This document shows, piece after piece, positions 47,848 to 58,191 of a DNA stretch of 64,000 nucleotides. A model generated the notes under the pieces. That model made no database searches. It was not told the DNA's origin and saw only the letters and a list, made by a program, of their open reading frames with translations. The DNA is from Desulfatiglandales bacterium (GTDB lineage: Bacteria; Desulfobacterota; DSM-4660; Desulfatiglandales; Desulfatiglandaceae): NCBI GenBank assembly GCA_963666345.1, contig OY762721.1, positions 2,208,001-2,272,000 of the forward strand. Reading direction: 5' to 3'. The position numbers and the translations under genes were made by a program. Position 1 is the stretch's first letter. Each line of letters opens with the position of its first letter.

Positions 47848-48717
47848 GTGGTGAAAGAACTTGTTGTTATAAGCGGAAAGGGTGGAACCGGAAAAACGAG
47901 CGTTATGAGTGCGTTTGCCTCTATGGCCCGGAACATGGTGCTCTGCGATGCGGATGTTGATGCTGCGGACCTCCATTTGATAATGGAGCCGGACATAAAG
48001 GAAAGACATGAATTTCAGAGCGGTTCTACCGCCGGAATCATAAGTGAGAAATGCACGAATTGCGGCCTTTGCAGGGATCTGTGCCGATTCGATGCCATAA
48101 GCGAAGACTATGTTGTAGACCCGGTTGCCTGTGAGGGTTGCGGGGTATGCCATTACTTCTGTCCGGAAGAAGCGGTGGATTTTTCGTTGAATACCTGCGG
48201 GGAATGGTTCCTGTCGGAATCCCGTTTCGGGCCGGTTGTGCATGCCAGGCTGGGGATTGCCGAGGAAAACTCAGGGAAACTGGTGAGCCTTGTCAGGCAG
48301 GAGGGCAGGAGACTCGCAGAGGAAAGAGACCTCAACCTGATTCTTACGGACGGGCCCCCGGGGGTTGGGTGCCCTGTAATCGCATCGCTGGGGGGTGCCA
48401 GTTCCGTTCTCATAGTGGCCGAGCCGAGTGTGTCCGGAATGCATGATATGGAAAGGGTCGTGCAGCTGGCGGATTTTTTTAACGTCCCGGCGATGTTGTG
48501 CGTCAATAAGTTTGATCTGAATAGTGACAAGACCAGGGAAATCGAGACATTCGCCCGTGATAAAAAGGTTGCGGTGGTAGGAAGAATCCCCTTTGACCCG
48601 ACCTTTACAAAGGCGATGGTAAAGGGAAAAACTATCCTTGAATACGACAGCGATTCCGATGCAGCAGGTGAGGTCAAAAAAATATGGGAAAAGATCGGTG
48701 AGAAAATAGGCATCTAA
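47848..48717 (+). CDS. MinD-superfamily P-loop ATPase with inserted 2x[4Fe-4S] domain (paralog)
   Basis: ISGKGGTGKT, DADVDAADL, CTNCGLC..LC, CEGCGVC..FCP, ENSGKLV, DGPPG.GCP. Confidence 0.9.
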   Translation: MVKELVVISGKGGTGKTSVMSAFASMARNMVLCDADVDAADLHLIMEPDIKERHEFQSGSTAGIISEKCTNCGLCRDLCRFDAISEDYVVDPVACEGCGVCHYFCPEEAVDFSLNTCGEWFLSESRFGPVVHARLGIAEENSGKLVSLVRQEGRRLAEERDLNLILTDGPPGVGCPVIASLGGASSVLIVAEPSVSGMHDMERVVQLADFFNVPAMLCVNKFDLNSDKTREIETFARDKKVAVVGRIPFDPTFTKAMVKGKTILEYDSDSDAAGEVKKIWEKIGEKIGI

Positions 48718-48757
48718 CCAGGGGCCTGATGATACCCAAAACAGAAAAGCGGATGTT

Positions 48758-49486
48758 TCAGAGAGGGTGGGCAGAAGAGGGTAAATTCTTTAGTTTCAAC
48801 CACAGGGACTCGACCTCTTTTCTGGTTGCCCTTTCGTTTCCATGATTGTCTATAAGGTAATCGGCAAGGTCGATCTTTTCATCAATAGGCAGTTGTGATT
48901 GAATGATTCTAAGGGCCTCTTCTCTTTCAATCTTATCCCTTGTAATAAGCCTTTTGAGCTGTTCTTCGGCCGGGATGTATACGAGGATGGTTTTATTAAA
49001 AAGGGATTGCAGTTTCAGCTCGAACAGAAGAGGCACTACCGCAATTATAACGGAAGGTTTACCCCTCAAGGCAATGGATTCAACCCTTTTTGAAAAGGTA
49101 TCAAGGATCGGAGGATGTGTGAAACCCTCAAGGATCTTTCTTTTTTCGTGATCCGAAAAGACGATCCGGGAGAGCTTCTTTCGATCGATATGTCCATCTG
49201 AACAAAGAATCTTTTGTCCGAAGTAGTCCACAATTTCTTTAAATGCCCGCCTGCCTGGTTCAATAATCTCTCTTGCAAGCAGGTCAAAATCCACGATATA
49301 TGCCCCCAGTTCTTTCAAGATGTCAGCAACGGTCGTTTTTCCGCTCGCAATGCCGCCCGTAAGTCCGTTCAGGAAGACTTCCGGCCTCGCTTTCAATCCT
49401 TTTAACCCTTTCTCATTGTCGTAAGTTGTTTTCGGGTGATTTAGTTTGATGCCGTTGTTATCTATGTTTTTTTTGCCTGCTGTCAT
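48758..49486 (-). CDS. coaE: Dephospho-CoA kinase
   Basis: GLTGGIASGKT, IDRKKL..IVF, THP, VPLLFE, SQLPIDEK; N-terminal extension so the start is uncertain. Confidence 0.9.
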   Translation of the reverse strand: MTAGKKNIDNNGIKLNHPKTTYDNEKGLKGLKARPEVFLNGLTGGIASGKTTVADILKELGAYIVDFDLLAREIIEPGRRAFKEIVDYFGQKILCSDGHIDRKKLSRIVFSDHEKRKILEGFTHPPILDTFSKRVESIALRGKPSVIIAVVPLLFELKLQSLFNKTILVYIPAEEQLKRLITRDKIEREEALRIIQSQLPIDEKIDLADYLIDNHGNERATRKEVESLWLKLKNLPSSAHPL

Positions 49487-49680
49487 TTCAAAATATTATG
49501 CCTCCTGATCATTAAACACCCGGTATAATCCAAATCCATAGTCCGGTACAGTTATCGGTATAAGAGTATCAATGGATTTGAGGTAATCTCCGCCGGCAAG
49601 GTATAGAATGTGTAAGGCGCCAGGGAACTCAAGGCTTAAGCCATCGAAGACAGTCCCGTTGAAGCGGCACTGATGTCGGA

Positions 49681-50823
49681 TCAGAGTATAAGCTCCGCAG
49701 CATCCATGACTTTCAGGTGTTCTTCAATTCCTTCAGCCCTTGACGCGTCTTCAAGCATCTTGGCACATTGGGGGCAAGCCACAGCCAGAATATCGGCGCC
49801 TGTTTTGCAGGCCTGCCTTACACGTATTCTGGCAGGACTTTCAGGGCCTCCACCAAGGATATCCGTGAAAAAATTGCCTCCTCCTCCCCCGCAGCATAGC
49901 GCATCTTCCCTGTTTTGTTCCATTTCAACCAGCCTTATTCCCGGAACGGATTCGATAATTAGTCTCGGTGCTTCATAGACCTTGTTATGCCTACCGAGAT
50001 AACAGGGGTCATGGTATGTGACAGACAACTCCTTTGGGACGGATTTGAGTCGTCCCTCCGCTATAAGTTCCGCGATTATCTGGGTGTAGTGCCATACCTC
50101 ATAATGGCCCCCCATCGCGGGATAAAGATTCTTGATAGCGTTGAACCCGTGAGGGGAAAGGGTGATTATCTTTTTTATGCCCAATTTGTCAAATACCTTG
50201 ATGTTTCCGTCAGCCAGATATTCAAAAAGCCCGTTTTCTCCAAGGGCCTTTACCTCATTGCCGTCACAGTTTTCATCACTACCCAGTATGCCGAAAGAAA
50301 CTCCCGCCTTTTGAAATACCTGGGAGACCGCTCCGGCGATCTTCTGTGCCCTTTCATCATAAGATCCGACGCATCCGATATAAAAGAGGTACTCCTGTTC
50401 ATTGTAAGTCTCAACCCCTATGCCCTTTGCCCATAGCGCCCTCTCATTTTCAGGCCTCTTATAAGGGTTACCGTTTACATATATGTTCTTGAGATAATCT
50501 CTGACAAGCGGCGGGATGAGGCCCCGGTCCACCATCTCCGCCCGCGCGGACATAAATACCCTGACCAGGTCATCTTTGAATTTCATTACGCAATGTTCCA
50601 TGCAGTTTCCGCAGGTTGCGCAGGAATAAAGGATCTCGCCAAGGCGTTCGCTGGTTTTTACCTCATCATTCAACCAGGCCCTGATAAGCCACATCCTCCC
50701 TCCGGGAGAGAATGTCTCAAAGCGGAACTTTCTATATGGAGGACAGTTTATGGCGTAATAATCATTTGTCAGTTTGCAGTAACCGCATCTAAAACAACGG
50801 TGAAGGAGTTCTTCATATTCCAT
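49681..50823 (-). CDS. Fe-S oxidoreductase with 4Fe-4S and two CCG domains (HdrD/GlcF-like)
   Basis: CFRCGYC, CATCGNC..HC, YHDPCYLGR, LCCGGGGG, ACPQC. Confidence 0.88.
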   Translation of the reverse strand: MEYEELLHRCFRCGYCKLTNDYYAINCPPYRKFRFETFSPGGRMWLIRAWLNDEVKTSERLGEILYSCATCGNCMEHCVMKFKDDLVRVFMSARAEMVDRGLIPPLVRDYLKNIYVNGNPYKRPENERALWAKGIGVETYNEQEYLFYIGCVGSYDERAQKIAGAVSQVFQKAGVSFGILGSDENCDGNEVKALGENGLFEYLADGNIKVFDKLGIKKIITLSPHGFNAIKNLYPAMGGHYEVWHYTQIIAELIAEGRLKSVPKELSVTYHDPCYLGRHNKVYEAPRLIIESVPGIRLVEMEQNREDALCCGGGGGNFFTDILGGGPESPARIRVRQACKTGADILAVACPQCAKMLEDASRAEGIEEHLKVMDAAELIL

Positions 50824-51130
50824 TTATTTCTCCCCGTTCTCAGAGTCTGGTTCTTATGACACGCTTAATTACATACTAATCCTGCTGCGGCATGAATCCC
50901 TTTTTTCTGTTCCGGGTCCTACGACCTGGTCTTTTCAATTGGCTTAGAGACGGGGACACTTGCCCTCTCCCTGTTCCCCTCGCTACGCTCACGGCCATGG
51001 CTTCCCCCCCTTATAAGTCAATAAAAGCACGGCGGCATCTCCTGCCGGTCACATTCAAAAAGGATACATGCCTTTTTCCAAGCGCAGGCGCTCTTTCGTA
51101 GGCCTTATCTCACAAAAAAATACCACAGGC

Positions 51131-51248
51131 AGCCCAGGTGGCCGCAGACTGGGCTTTTTTCCCGGGAGCCCTATCAGCTTAGGTAATGTTTACTAAAGCC
51201 CGTGGATGTGACCACTTCTCCGTAAGAAATAGATAAGGCCGGAGAAAG
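51131..51248 (-). repeat. Structured intergenic element, copy 2 (homologous to 491-594)
   Basis: Reverse complement GAAGTGGTCACATCCACGGGCTTTAGTAAACATTACCTAAGCTGATAGGGCTCCCGGGAAAAAAGCCCAG matches 510-579 at 52/70 nt. Confidence 0.7.
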
Positions 51249-51301
51249 AGTGCCGGTGCCTGCGCGTGTTATATCAATACCTATGGCATGAATCCTCATC
51301 T

Positions 51302-52708
51302 TTAGTGCATGGATTCCCAGTTTCCGGGGTTCATTATACGGTTCGGATCAAGCAGGTTCTTGATCCTTGTTATCAACCGGAAGGTATTTGGGTCCATTTT
51401 TTCGATTATCAGTTTCTGTCCGGGAAGTTCCGATTTCCATGGTATGCCCCCGAGTCTAAGGGCCGACCTGTTGGCGTCGTCCAGTGCTCTTTTTGCCTTT
51501 TGTACATCCTCATCGTCCGCCCTGTTAAATCCGTATGCATAGGCGGCCATCATGCAATGGGCCCTTCCGATTATGCGGATCATTATGGAATAGGAGGTTC
51601 CATGTTTTTCAGCAATGGAGATCCCGTCCCTGTATGCCTGCGGCAGCAGCTTGACAGGCATGATCGCACCCACATATTCAAAGCCTCCGCCCTTTTTGAC
51701 GTCGGCAAAGCGGCTGACCGAGCGTTGCGGCGCCTCCAGAAATCCGTCTCTCATTTCCGGGACCAGATGCATAAAGCCCCCCTCTTTTTTTTCTATGTAC
51801 TCATCAAGACACTTCCTGATTGTCCTTTTCTTGAGTTTCATCTCTTCTTCCGAGTGAGCTGTAAGGTTTATGGAGGTGAGCTGAAATCCGCCTATCCAGT
51901 CAGGCCTGGGCTGAGTGTTTATGACGAGGTCTTCAGCAAGCTCGGTAGCCGTAATCTTATGGATAATATCTGGAAGGTAATCCGGATTTTCCGTGACAAA
52001 GATCATTACGTCTTCATGGGAGGGGGCGGGATAAAGCTTGATGGAAAGTTTCGTAACAACGCCCGTAGTTCCGTTCCAGCCTATGAAGAGCCCTGCAAGA
52101 TCAGGCAAGGGTGCCCTTGAAAACCAGTATTCGGAGGCGGAACATGACCCTATCCGGCAGATCTCTCCGGTCGGCAGGACAACTTCAAGGCCGTTTAGCA
52201 TCTCGGAGTGAAATCCTGTTGCCTGGGACATATGGCCGCTTCCATGGATAAGGATATTTCCTCCGATGGTGGCCATGGGAGGCGCATCCGGCAGAGAATG
52301 CTTGAGTCCGGGGTGGTGCCTTGCAAGATAACTCTTTAGCTGTCCTTCCGATACGCCCGCCTCAACCAGGGCGTAACGGCTCTGCTCATCTATCTCCAGG
52401 ATGGAGTTCATTCTTTTGAGATCAAGCACGATTCCACCCTTCAAAGGTCTCGTGAGCCCTGAAAGCACAAGGCCGGCACCCATGGGCACAACCGGTATAT
52501 TGTCTTTGTTGGCAACCCGCAGGATCTGTGCGACCTCTTCGGCGCTTTTGGGCATCATAACGCAGGAGGGTTCACATGGATCCTGGGTCCCACCGTCACG
52601 GGAGTAAAAATAGACCTCTTCAGGATGACTTGAAATGCGATCTTTTCCGACTATCTTCTCAAGGGCATTGAAAGATTCTTCATTCATAGATCTCTCCGTC
52701 TTTTCCAT
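51302..52708 (-). CDS. FAD-binding oxidoreductase (VAO/GlcD superfamily)
   Basis: PKSAEEV, VVPMGAG, LDLKRMN, VEAGV, ATIGGN, GLEVVLPTG, GTTGVVTK, DPNRIMNPG. Confidence 0.88.
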   Translation of the reverse strand: MEKTERSMNEESFNALEKIVGKDRISSHPEEVYFYSRDGGTQDPCEPSCVMMPKSAEEVAQILRVANKDNIPVVPMGAGLVLSGLTRPLKGGIVLDLKRMNSILEIDEQSRYALVEAGVSEGQLKSYLARHHPGLKHSLPDAPPMATIGGNILIHGSGHMSQATGFHSEMLNGLEVVLPTGEICRIGSCSASEYWFSRAPLPDLAGLFIGWNGTTGVVTKLSIKLYPAPSHEDVMIFVTENPDYLPDIIHKITATELAEDLVINTQPRPDWIGGFQLTSINLTAHSEEEMKLKKRTIRKCLDEYIEKKEGGFMHLVPEMRDGFLEAPQRSVSRFADVKKGGGFEYVGAIMPVKLLPQAYRDGISIAEKHGTSYSIMIRIIGRAHCMMAAYAYGFNRADDEDVQKAKRALDDANRSALRLGGIPWKSELPGQKLIIEKMDPNTFRLITRIKNLLDPNRIMNPGNWESMH

Positions 52709-52709
52709 G

Positions 52710-53729
52710 CTACTGTCCCAGTGCCAATCTGCAGAGGTCAGGCATGGTTACAGGAATTATCCCTCTTTTTTCAACCTTTTCACCAAGGGTGTAATAGCAC
52801 ATAGGGCAGTTGAAGAGACAGTATTCGGCACCTGAATCGACCATGTCTTGTATGTTTTTTTCCTGTACCTCTTCGGCAAGGTCATCACGACCCTGCATTA
52901 CCATAATACTGCCGCAGCAAAGGGCGTTTTCATGGTCATATTTTCTATCGGCCCTTTTAACGCCGATGAGTTGGAAGACCTCGTCAACAAGTCCCCGGGT
53001 TTCAGGTATAAGCCGATTTGAACATGGCCTCTGATAGGCCACTGTCTTGTCAAGGGATCTGATCTTGCTTTTCAATCCCTCAAGCCTTTCCAATATGAAG
53101 TCATAGAGATGTATGGGGGTGAATGGCACTTCGAGACCGTAGGCCTCAGCCCAGAATGTAAAACCGGCGAAACATTCATCATGGAAGCAGACAAGCTCAT
53201 TCAGCCCGTTTTTTTTCAGATTGTCATCTATGTTTTTGACCACCTGCGGCAGACGTTCCTTTATTAGAGACATCCTGGCAAAATGGAGGTATACGAGGTT
53301 GCAGAAAAAATCTCTGCCAAGAAAATTTGAAGTATCATGAAAGAGCGCGCCCTTTACCTTCTCCTTCATGTCTGGAAACAGGCAGAGTGAAATGCAAGGA
53401 TCGGTCAGGCGGTATCCCGGATCAATGTCCCCTTTTGGCGCGTACATCTTTATCTGCTGATTTGTGATAGGTCTGGGTGCAGGGGAATAGCCCTTTTTCT
53501 CCTGAAGTTCAACGATCTGAAAAAAGGGATGGTTGCGGTTCGGGCAGTACTCTTCGCAAGCATAACAGGTGGTGCATTGTTTAAGCACATAAGAGTCCTG
53601 CCCGGTTATGATCTTTTTCTTTTCGACCTTGGCAGACTTGATATCGATATCAATGTACTGGCATCTCAAAAGGCAGTCCAAGGTTTCACAGGCTAAACAA
53701 ATATCCTTACTAAAGTTAAGAGCATACAT
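52710..53729 (-). CDS. Fe-S/CCG domain protein (heterodisulfide reductase-related)
   Basis: CLACETLDCLLRC, CTTCYACEEYCP, FHDEC, YQRPCS, ALCCG, NCPMC. Confidence 0.8.
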   Translation of the reverse strand: MYALNFSKDICLACETLDCLLRCQYIDIDIKSAKVEKKKIITGQDSYVLKQCTTCYACEEYCPNRNHPFFQIVELQEKKGYSPAPRPITNQQIKMYAPKGDIDPGYRLTDPCISLCLFPDMKEKVKGALFHDTSNFLGRDFFCNLVYLHFARMSLIKERLPQVVKNIDDNLKKNGLNELVCFHDECFAGFTFWAEAYGLEVPFTPIHLYDFILERLEGLKSKIRSLDKTVAYQRPCSNRLIPETRGLVDEVFQLIGVKRADRKYDHENALCCGSIMVMQGRDDLAEEVQEKNIQDMVDSGAEYCLFNCPMCYYTLGEKVEKRGIIPVTMPDLCRLALGQ

Positions 53730-53815
53730 GTCTGACCCCGACTGATTGTTTTTTTTAATGATTTGCAGATTTCAAGGAGGTGAGGAAAACACCCTTCTAT
53801 TTAAGGGTTCCACTA

Positions 53816-53828
53816 TGAATAGCATTCA
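53816..53828. promoter_or_regulatory. Palindromic operator TGAAT-AGC-ATTCA (TetR-type) upstream of the oxidoreductase operon
   Basis: Inverted repeat about 90 nt upstream of ATG 53729; regulator class is an inference. Confidence 0.4.
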
Positions 53829-54071
53829 CTTGCCTCCATAGCAAGTCAAAATAAACAAACAGTTCAGAATTTATTCTAAAAAGAAATAAAAATTGGTATA
53901 AATATTAATTAAAGTTTGCTTTTGAAATATTATCGGCATGCTATGGCCTCATTAGGATTACCCGGATGCCGAAGCGTGTTAGCAACAAATTAAGAACAAT
54001 CACGGGTGCCGGGATGCGGCGGTTGGGACGGCAGGAAATACTTGCTGGACAGGGTCTAAAAAAGGGGGGCT

Positions 54072-54956
54072 TTAAGTTTTTCTTGCGGCTATTAGCCTGT
54101 AAAGGCCGCTGTAATCGGTTATCCTGTCGGTGTCAGAGTAAAGTCCTGTCTTTTCTATCATTGAAAGGGCCTTAACGGTCTGATCGGGAGACATCTCTAT
54201 AATCAGCCATCCACCGCTGTCGAGATGCCCTGCTCCCTGTCTGATTATTTTATCTATAAAACAAAACCCATCTCTTCCGCCGTTTAATGCAATCTCAGGC
54301 TCATTATCCCTTATCTCAGGTGCAAGGGTTAAGAAGTCTTCCCCGGATACATATGGAGGATTTGAGACTATCATATCAAAGCGCATTGCCGTTTCTTTGA
54401 TGGGGGAGAAGAGGTCTCCTCCAATAAATCGGATTTTTTCCGACACATTATGCCTCCCGGCGTTTGAGGCTGCTATCCTGAGGGCATCGGAAGAGATGTC
54501 GGAGGCATAAATTGAAACATTGGAAAGTTCTTTGGCAAGGGCTATTGAAATAGCGCCTGAGCCGGTTCCTACTTCCAGTATGTTGAGGGATTTTTTCGAT
54601 GTGGGAGATGGTTGTGCAAGTTTTTCAAGCGCGGTTTCCACGATTACTTCAGATTCGGGCCTCGGTATGAGCACATGGGGATCGACCTGCAGCTCAAGGG
54701 ACCAGAATTCCTGGACGCCTGTTATATACTGGATAGGTTCATGATTAACGCGCCTCTTGATAAGCAGGCGGTAGCCGTCCACCTCATTTTTTATTAGAGG
54801 TTTGTCAAAATTGAGATAGAGCTGAATCCTTTCGATCCCGAGCTGGTGGGCCAAAAGCACCTCAGCCGTAAGGCGCGGCGCTTCAATATGCCTTTCCTTG
54901 AGGTAGCCTTCAGATACCTCCAATAACTCCTTTACTTTCCAGGAAACAGGTTCCAT
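54072..54956 (-). CDS. prmC: Release factor glutamine methyltransferase
   Basis: EPIQYITG, VLIPRPESE, GTGSGAI, SNPPY; follows prfA. Confidence 0.95.
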   Translation of the reverse strand: MEPVSWKVKELLEVSEGYLKERHIEAPRLTAEVLLAHQLGIERIQLYLNFDKPLIKNEVDGYRLLIKRRVNHEPIQYITGVQEFWSLELQVDPHVLIPRPESEVIVETALEKLAQPSPTSKKSLNILEVGTGSGAISIALAKELSNVSIYASDISSDALRIAASNAGRHNVSEKIRFIGGDLFSPIKETAMRFDMIVSNPPYVSGEDFLTLAPEIRDNEPEIALNGGRDGFCFIDKIIRQGAGHLDSGGWLIIEMSPDQTVKALSMIEKTGLYSDTDRITDYSGLYRLIAARKT

Positions 54957-54962
54957 GAAACC

Positions 54963-56027
54963 TTAATGGCTGGTTTTTAGGGCTTCAGTTTGAAAATGTG
55001 TAATGAGGGGGTCGATTATTAGATTCAATTCCCCCTGAAGGACCTGGTCAAGTTTATAAAGAGTGAGGCCTATCCTGTGGTCGGTTGTTCTGCTTTGCGG
55101 AAAATTATAGGTCCTAATTCTCTCGCTTCTGTCACCTGATCCTACCATGTTCTTGCGTTCTTCAGACATCTTCGAATGCTGCTCTGCCTGTTCCAGGTCA
55201 AAGAGCCTGGAACGGAGAACCTTCATGGCCTTTGCCTTGTTCTTGTGCTGTGATTTTTCATCCTGACAGGTTACAACAAGGCCGGAAGGCATATGGGTGA
55301 TCCTGACCGCCGAGTCTGTTGTATTTACGTGCTGCCCGCCGCAACCCGAGGACCTGTAAACATCTATTCTCAAATCTTCAGGATTTATTTGAACGTCAAT
55401 TTCCTCCGCCTCCGGAAGCACGGCTACCGTAACCGCCGAGGTATGTATCCTTCCCTGTGTTTCTGTTTCAGGAACCCTTTGAACCCTATGAACCCCGCTT
55501 TCATACTTGAGCCTGCTATAGACGCTTTTTCCCTCTATCAAGACTATGATTTCCTTGAATCCACCGATTCCGGTGGAATTCTGGCTCATTATATCCGTTT
55601 TCCAATCCATTATTTCAGCATAGCGGGTATACATTCTGAAGAGGTCGGCTGCAAATAGTGCCGCCTCCTCACCTCCGGTCCCGGCCCTTATCTCTAAAAG
55701 GATATTTTTGTCGTCATTGGGGTCTTTAGGAAGCAGAAGTATCTTAAGCTCTTTTTCAAGGCTTTCCAGATTTGATTTAAGTCCTTGTATTTCATCTTTT
55801 GCAAGTTTGGATATCTCCGGATCGGAATCTCCCAAAAGCGAACTGTTATCCTCTATTTCGGCCTGGATTGCATTATGCCGTCTGAATGCGCTTACTATAG
55901 GATTCAGAACACTGTGTTCTTTGGAATACTTCTGATAGTTTTTCTGATCCTTGACTATATCAGGGTTTCCAAGTTTTCCTTCAAGCTCATTATAGCGTTC
56001 TTCGATTTCTTTGATCTTGGAAAACAT
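54963..56027 (-). CDS. prfA: Peptide chain release factor 1
   Basis: [16 protein letters not shown] (PxT), GGQ, RTYNFPQ. Confidence 0.97.
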   Translation of the reverse strand: MFSKIKEIEERYNELEGKLGNPDIVKDQKNYQKYSKEHSVLNPIVSAFRRHNAIQAEIEDNSSLLGDSDPEISKLAKDEIQGLKSNLESLEKELKILLLPKDPNDDKNILLEIRAGTGGEEAALFAADLFRMYTRYAEIMDWKTDIMSQNSTGIGGFKEIIVLIEGKSVYSRLKYESGVHRVQRVPETETQGRIHTSAVTVAVLPEAEEIDVQINPEDLRIDVYRSSGCGGQHVNTTDSAVRITHMPSGLVVTCQDEKSQHKNKAKAMKVLRSRLFDLEQAEQHSKMSEERKNMVGSGDRSERIRTYNFPQSRTTDHRIGLTLYKLDQVLQGELNLIIDPLITHFQTEALKTSH

Positions 56028-56329
56028 TTATCGGCCTTTGTTAAAAATAATTTTGTACACCTATAGAAATGCCCCAGACCGGAGCATCCAAATAAGCCTT
56101 ACAAAATTCTCCTTTTTCCGGAGGCGATTTGCCTAACTCCCTTTCCAGTCTGATTTATTTGTTTTTGTAGGCTGCGGAAAGGTCTATTGCAGAATTAAAT
56201 ACGGCCAGGCCAGGATGCCTTAAACGGGAGAGCCTTGAACGGTGCTTGGCAGTAAAGAATATTGAAAATTGTTCCTGTCCTAAACCTTTAACCTATTGTT
56301 AAGAAAGGACGTTTAAAACCGCGTCTTTT

Positions 56330-56563
56330 TCAGGCGTCTGTCTTTTTTGCCGCGGAGCCTTCGTTGAATTTGGCGTATTTTCTTCTGAACCGCTCTACCC
56401 TGCCTGCTGAATCTACGAGTTTCTGCTTCCCGGTGAAAAAGGGGTGACAGGCGGAGCAGATTTCTACGCTGATTTCCTTGACTGTGGATCCTGTTTCAAA
56501 CTCATTTCCGCAAGCACAGCGGACCGTTGCGTTGTGATATTCGGGATGTATTCCCTTTTTCAT
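56330..56563 (-). CDS. rpmE: 50S ribosomal protein L31 (Zn-binding type)
   Basis: [23 protein letters not shown]. Confidence 0.97.
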   Translation of the reverse strand: MKKGIHPEYHNATVRCACGNEFETGSTVKEISVEICSACHPFFTGKQKLVDSAGRVERFRRKYAKFNEGSAAKKTDA

Positions 56564-56631
56564 TTTTTACCTCACTGTTTTATGCCCGGTGCGATAAAAC
56601 AGATGATGAAAACCGGGCATCTGAAAATATA

Positions 56632-57879
56632 TTATTCGCTCATTGAATCCAAAAAGGCCTGATTATCTCCTGTTCCTTTTATTTTTGCAAGCAAAAATTC
56701 CATGCTGTCAACCGGTGTAAGTGGGGCCAGGAGTTTCCTGAGTATCCAGATCCTGTTGAGAATCGTTTGATCCAGAAGGAGTTCTTCTTTTCTCGTTCCT
56801 GAGCGGTTGATATCGATTGCCGGAAACACTCGTCTATCGCTCAGTTTGCGGTCCAGCTGTATTTCCATGTTGCCGGTGCCTTTGAATTCCTCAAAGATAA
56901 CCTCGTCCATCCTGCTTCCGGTATCTATGAGGGCGGTGGCGATTATGGTAAGGCTTCCTCCCTCCTCCACATTTCTTGCAGCACCAAAAAAGCGTTTTGG
57001 TTTGTGAAGGGCATTAGAGTCAAGTCCACCGGATAATATTTTCCCACTGGGAGGAACAACGGCATTGTAAGCCCTGGCGAGCCTGGTAATGCTGTCAAGC
57101 AGTATGAGCACGTCAAGCTTGTGTTCAACAAGCCTTTTTGCCTTTTCTATTACCATCTCAGCGACCTGGACATGCCGCTGGGGAGGTTCGTCAAAGGTGG
57201 AACTTATCACCTCGGCATCTACCGACCTGGCCATGTCCGTGACCTCCTCAGGCCTTTCGTCTATAAGGAGCACTATCTTGTGTATCTTCTTGTCAGTGGC
57301 GGTAACGCTGTTGGCAATATTCTGCAGGAGCATGGTTTTTCCGGTCCTTGGCGGGGCGACAATAAGTCCTCTCTGCCCTTTTCCGATAGGAGTCATAAGA
57401 TCCATGATCCTGGCTGATAAGTTGTCAGGGGTTGTTTCCAGGTCAATTCTCTGCTCGGGATACAGGGGCGTAAGGTTGTCGAACAGGATCTTTTCCCTGG
57501 CTATTTCAGGGTCTTCATGGTTTACCTTTTCCACTTTGAGAAGCGCGAAGTATCTTTCCGAATCCTTTGGCGGGCGGATTTGCCCGGCAATAGTGTCTCC
57601 TTTTCTTAAATTGAATCTTCTTATCTGAGAAGGAGATATGTAGATGTCATCGGGGCCTGGTAGATAATTGGCATCGGGAGCTCGCAGAAAGCCGAATCCG
57701 TCCGGAAGGATTTCAAGTACACCTTCGCCCGTTATATGGCCGTTTCTTTCCGAATGTGCCTGAAGGAGCGAGAATATGAGCTCTTGCTTCGGCATGCCTG
57801 ATGCCCCTTCAATGCTGCAATCTTTAGCCATTGTGGTAAGTTCATTGATCTTCATTTTTTTTAATTCAACAAGGTTCAT
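56632..57879 (-). CDS. rho: Transcription termination factor Rho
   Basis: [39 protein letters not shown]. Confidence 0.98.
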   Translation of the reverse strand: MNLVELKKMKINELTTMAKDCSIEGASGMPKQELIFSLLQAHSERNGHITGEGVLEILPDGFGFLRAPDANYLPGPDDIYISPSQIRRFNLRKGDTIAGQIRPPKDSERYFALLKVEKVNHEDPEIAREKILFDNLTPLYPEQRIDLETTPDNLSARIMDLMTPIGKGQRGLIVAPPRTGKTMLLQNIANSVTATDKKIHKIVLLIDERPEEVTDMARSVDAEVISSTFDEPPQRHVQVAEMVIEKAKRLVEHKLDVLILLDSITRLARAYNAVVPPSGKILSGGLDSNALHKPKRFFGAARNVEEGGSLTIIATALIDTGSRMDEVIFEEFKGTGNMEIQLDRKLSDRRVFPAIDINRSGTRKEELLLDQTILNRIWILRKLLAPLTPVDSMEFLLAKIKGTGDNQAFLDSMSE

Positions 57880-58137
57880 TCTTTAACTCCGTGCAATAAA
57901 AATCGGGATTAATAACCGGCAGGGCCCAAAGAGAAAATGACATTAGGGGCGATACTAAAAAAAGAAACAGGGCAAACCTTAAATTCTTTGAGGTCCCTTA
58001 CACTATGCAGTGAGGTCTAAACTGAACACCTTTTGTGTGATCTAAAGAAGGTTACTCAGTAGATTTGCTATGCAGTTTAATAAGATATCCGGTCTATACC
58101 GAATCCTCCAAAAGGTAGGAAATAGATACTTAATGAA

Positions 58138-58167
58138 AAAATATAATCAATTTCCATCTCTTGTCAA
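58138..58167 (-). promoter_or_regulatory. Putative sigma70 promoter for rho
   Basis: Minus strand TTGACA (58167-58162) with TATATT (N16) or TATTTT (N18). Confidence 0.45.
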
Positions 58168-58191
58168 GCCCTTTATTTCCTTATGGCCGGA

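Noticed and set aside
50876..50998. 40 aa minus-strand ORF (MAVSVARG...) with a G-rich RBS
   Set aside because: Overlaps a REP-like motif and has no recognisable features
51266..52120. 284 aa plus-strand ORF
   Set aside because: Antisense shadow of the FAD oxidoreductase
57966..58000. ACAGGGCAAACC resembling the start of a c-di-GMP-I riboswitch
   Set aside because: Antisense to rho and lacks the GAAA tetraloop and GCAAAG continuation
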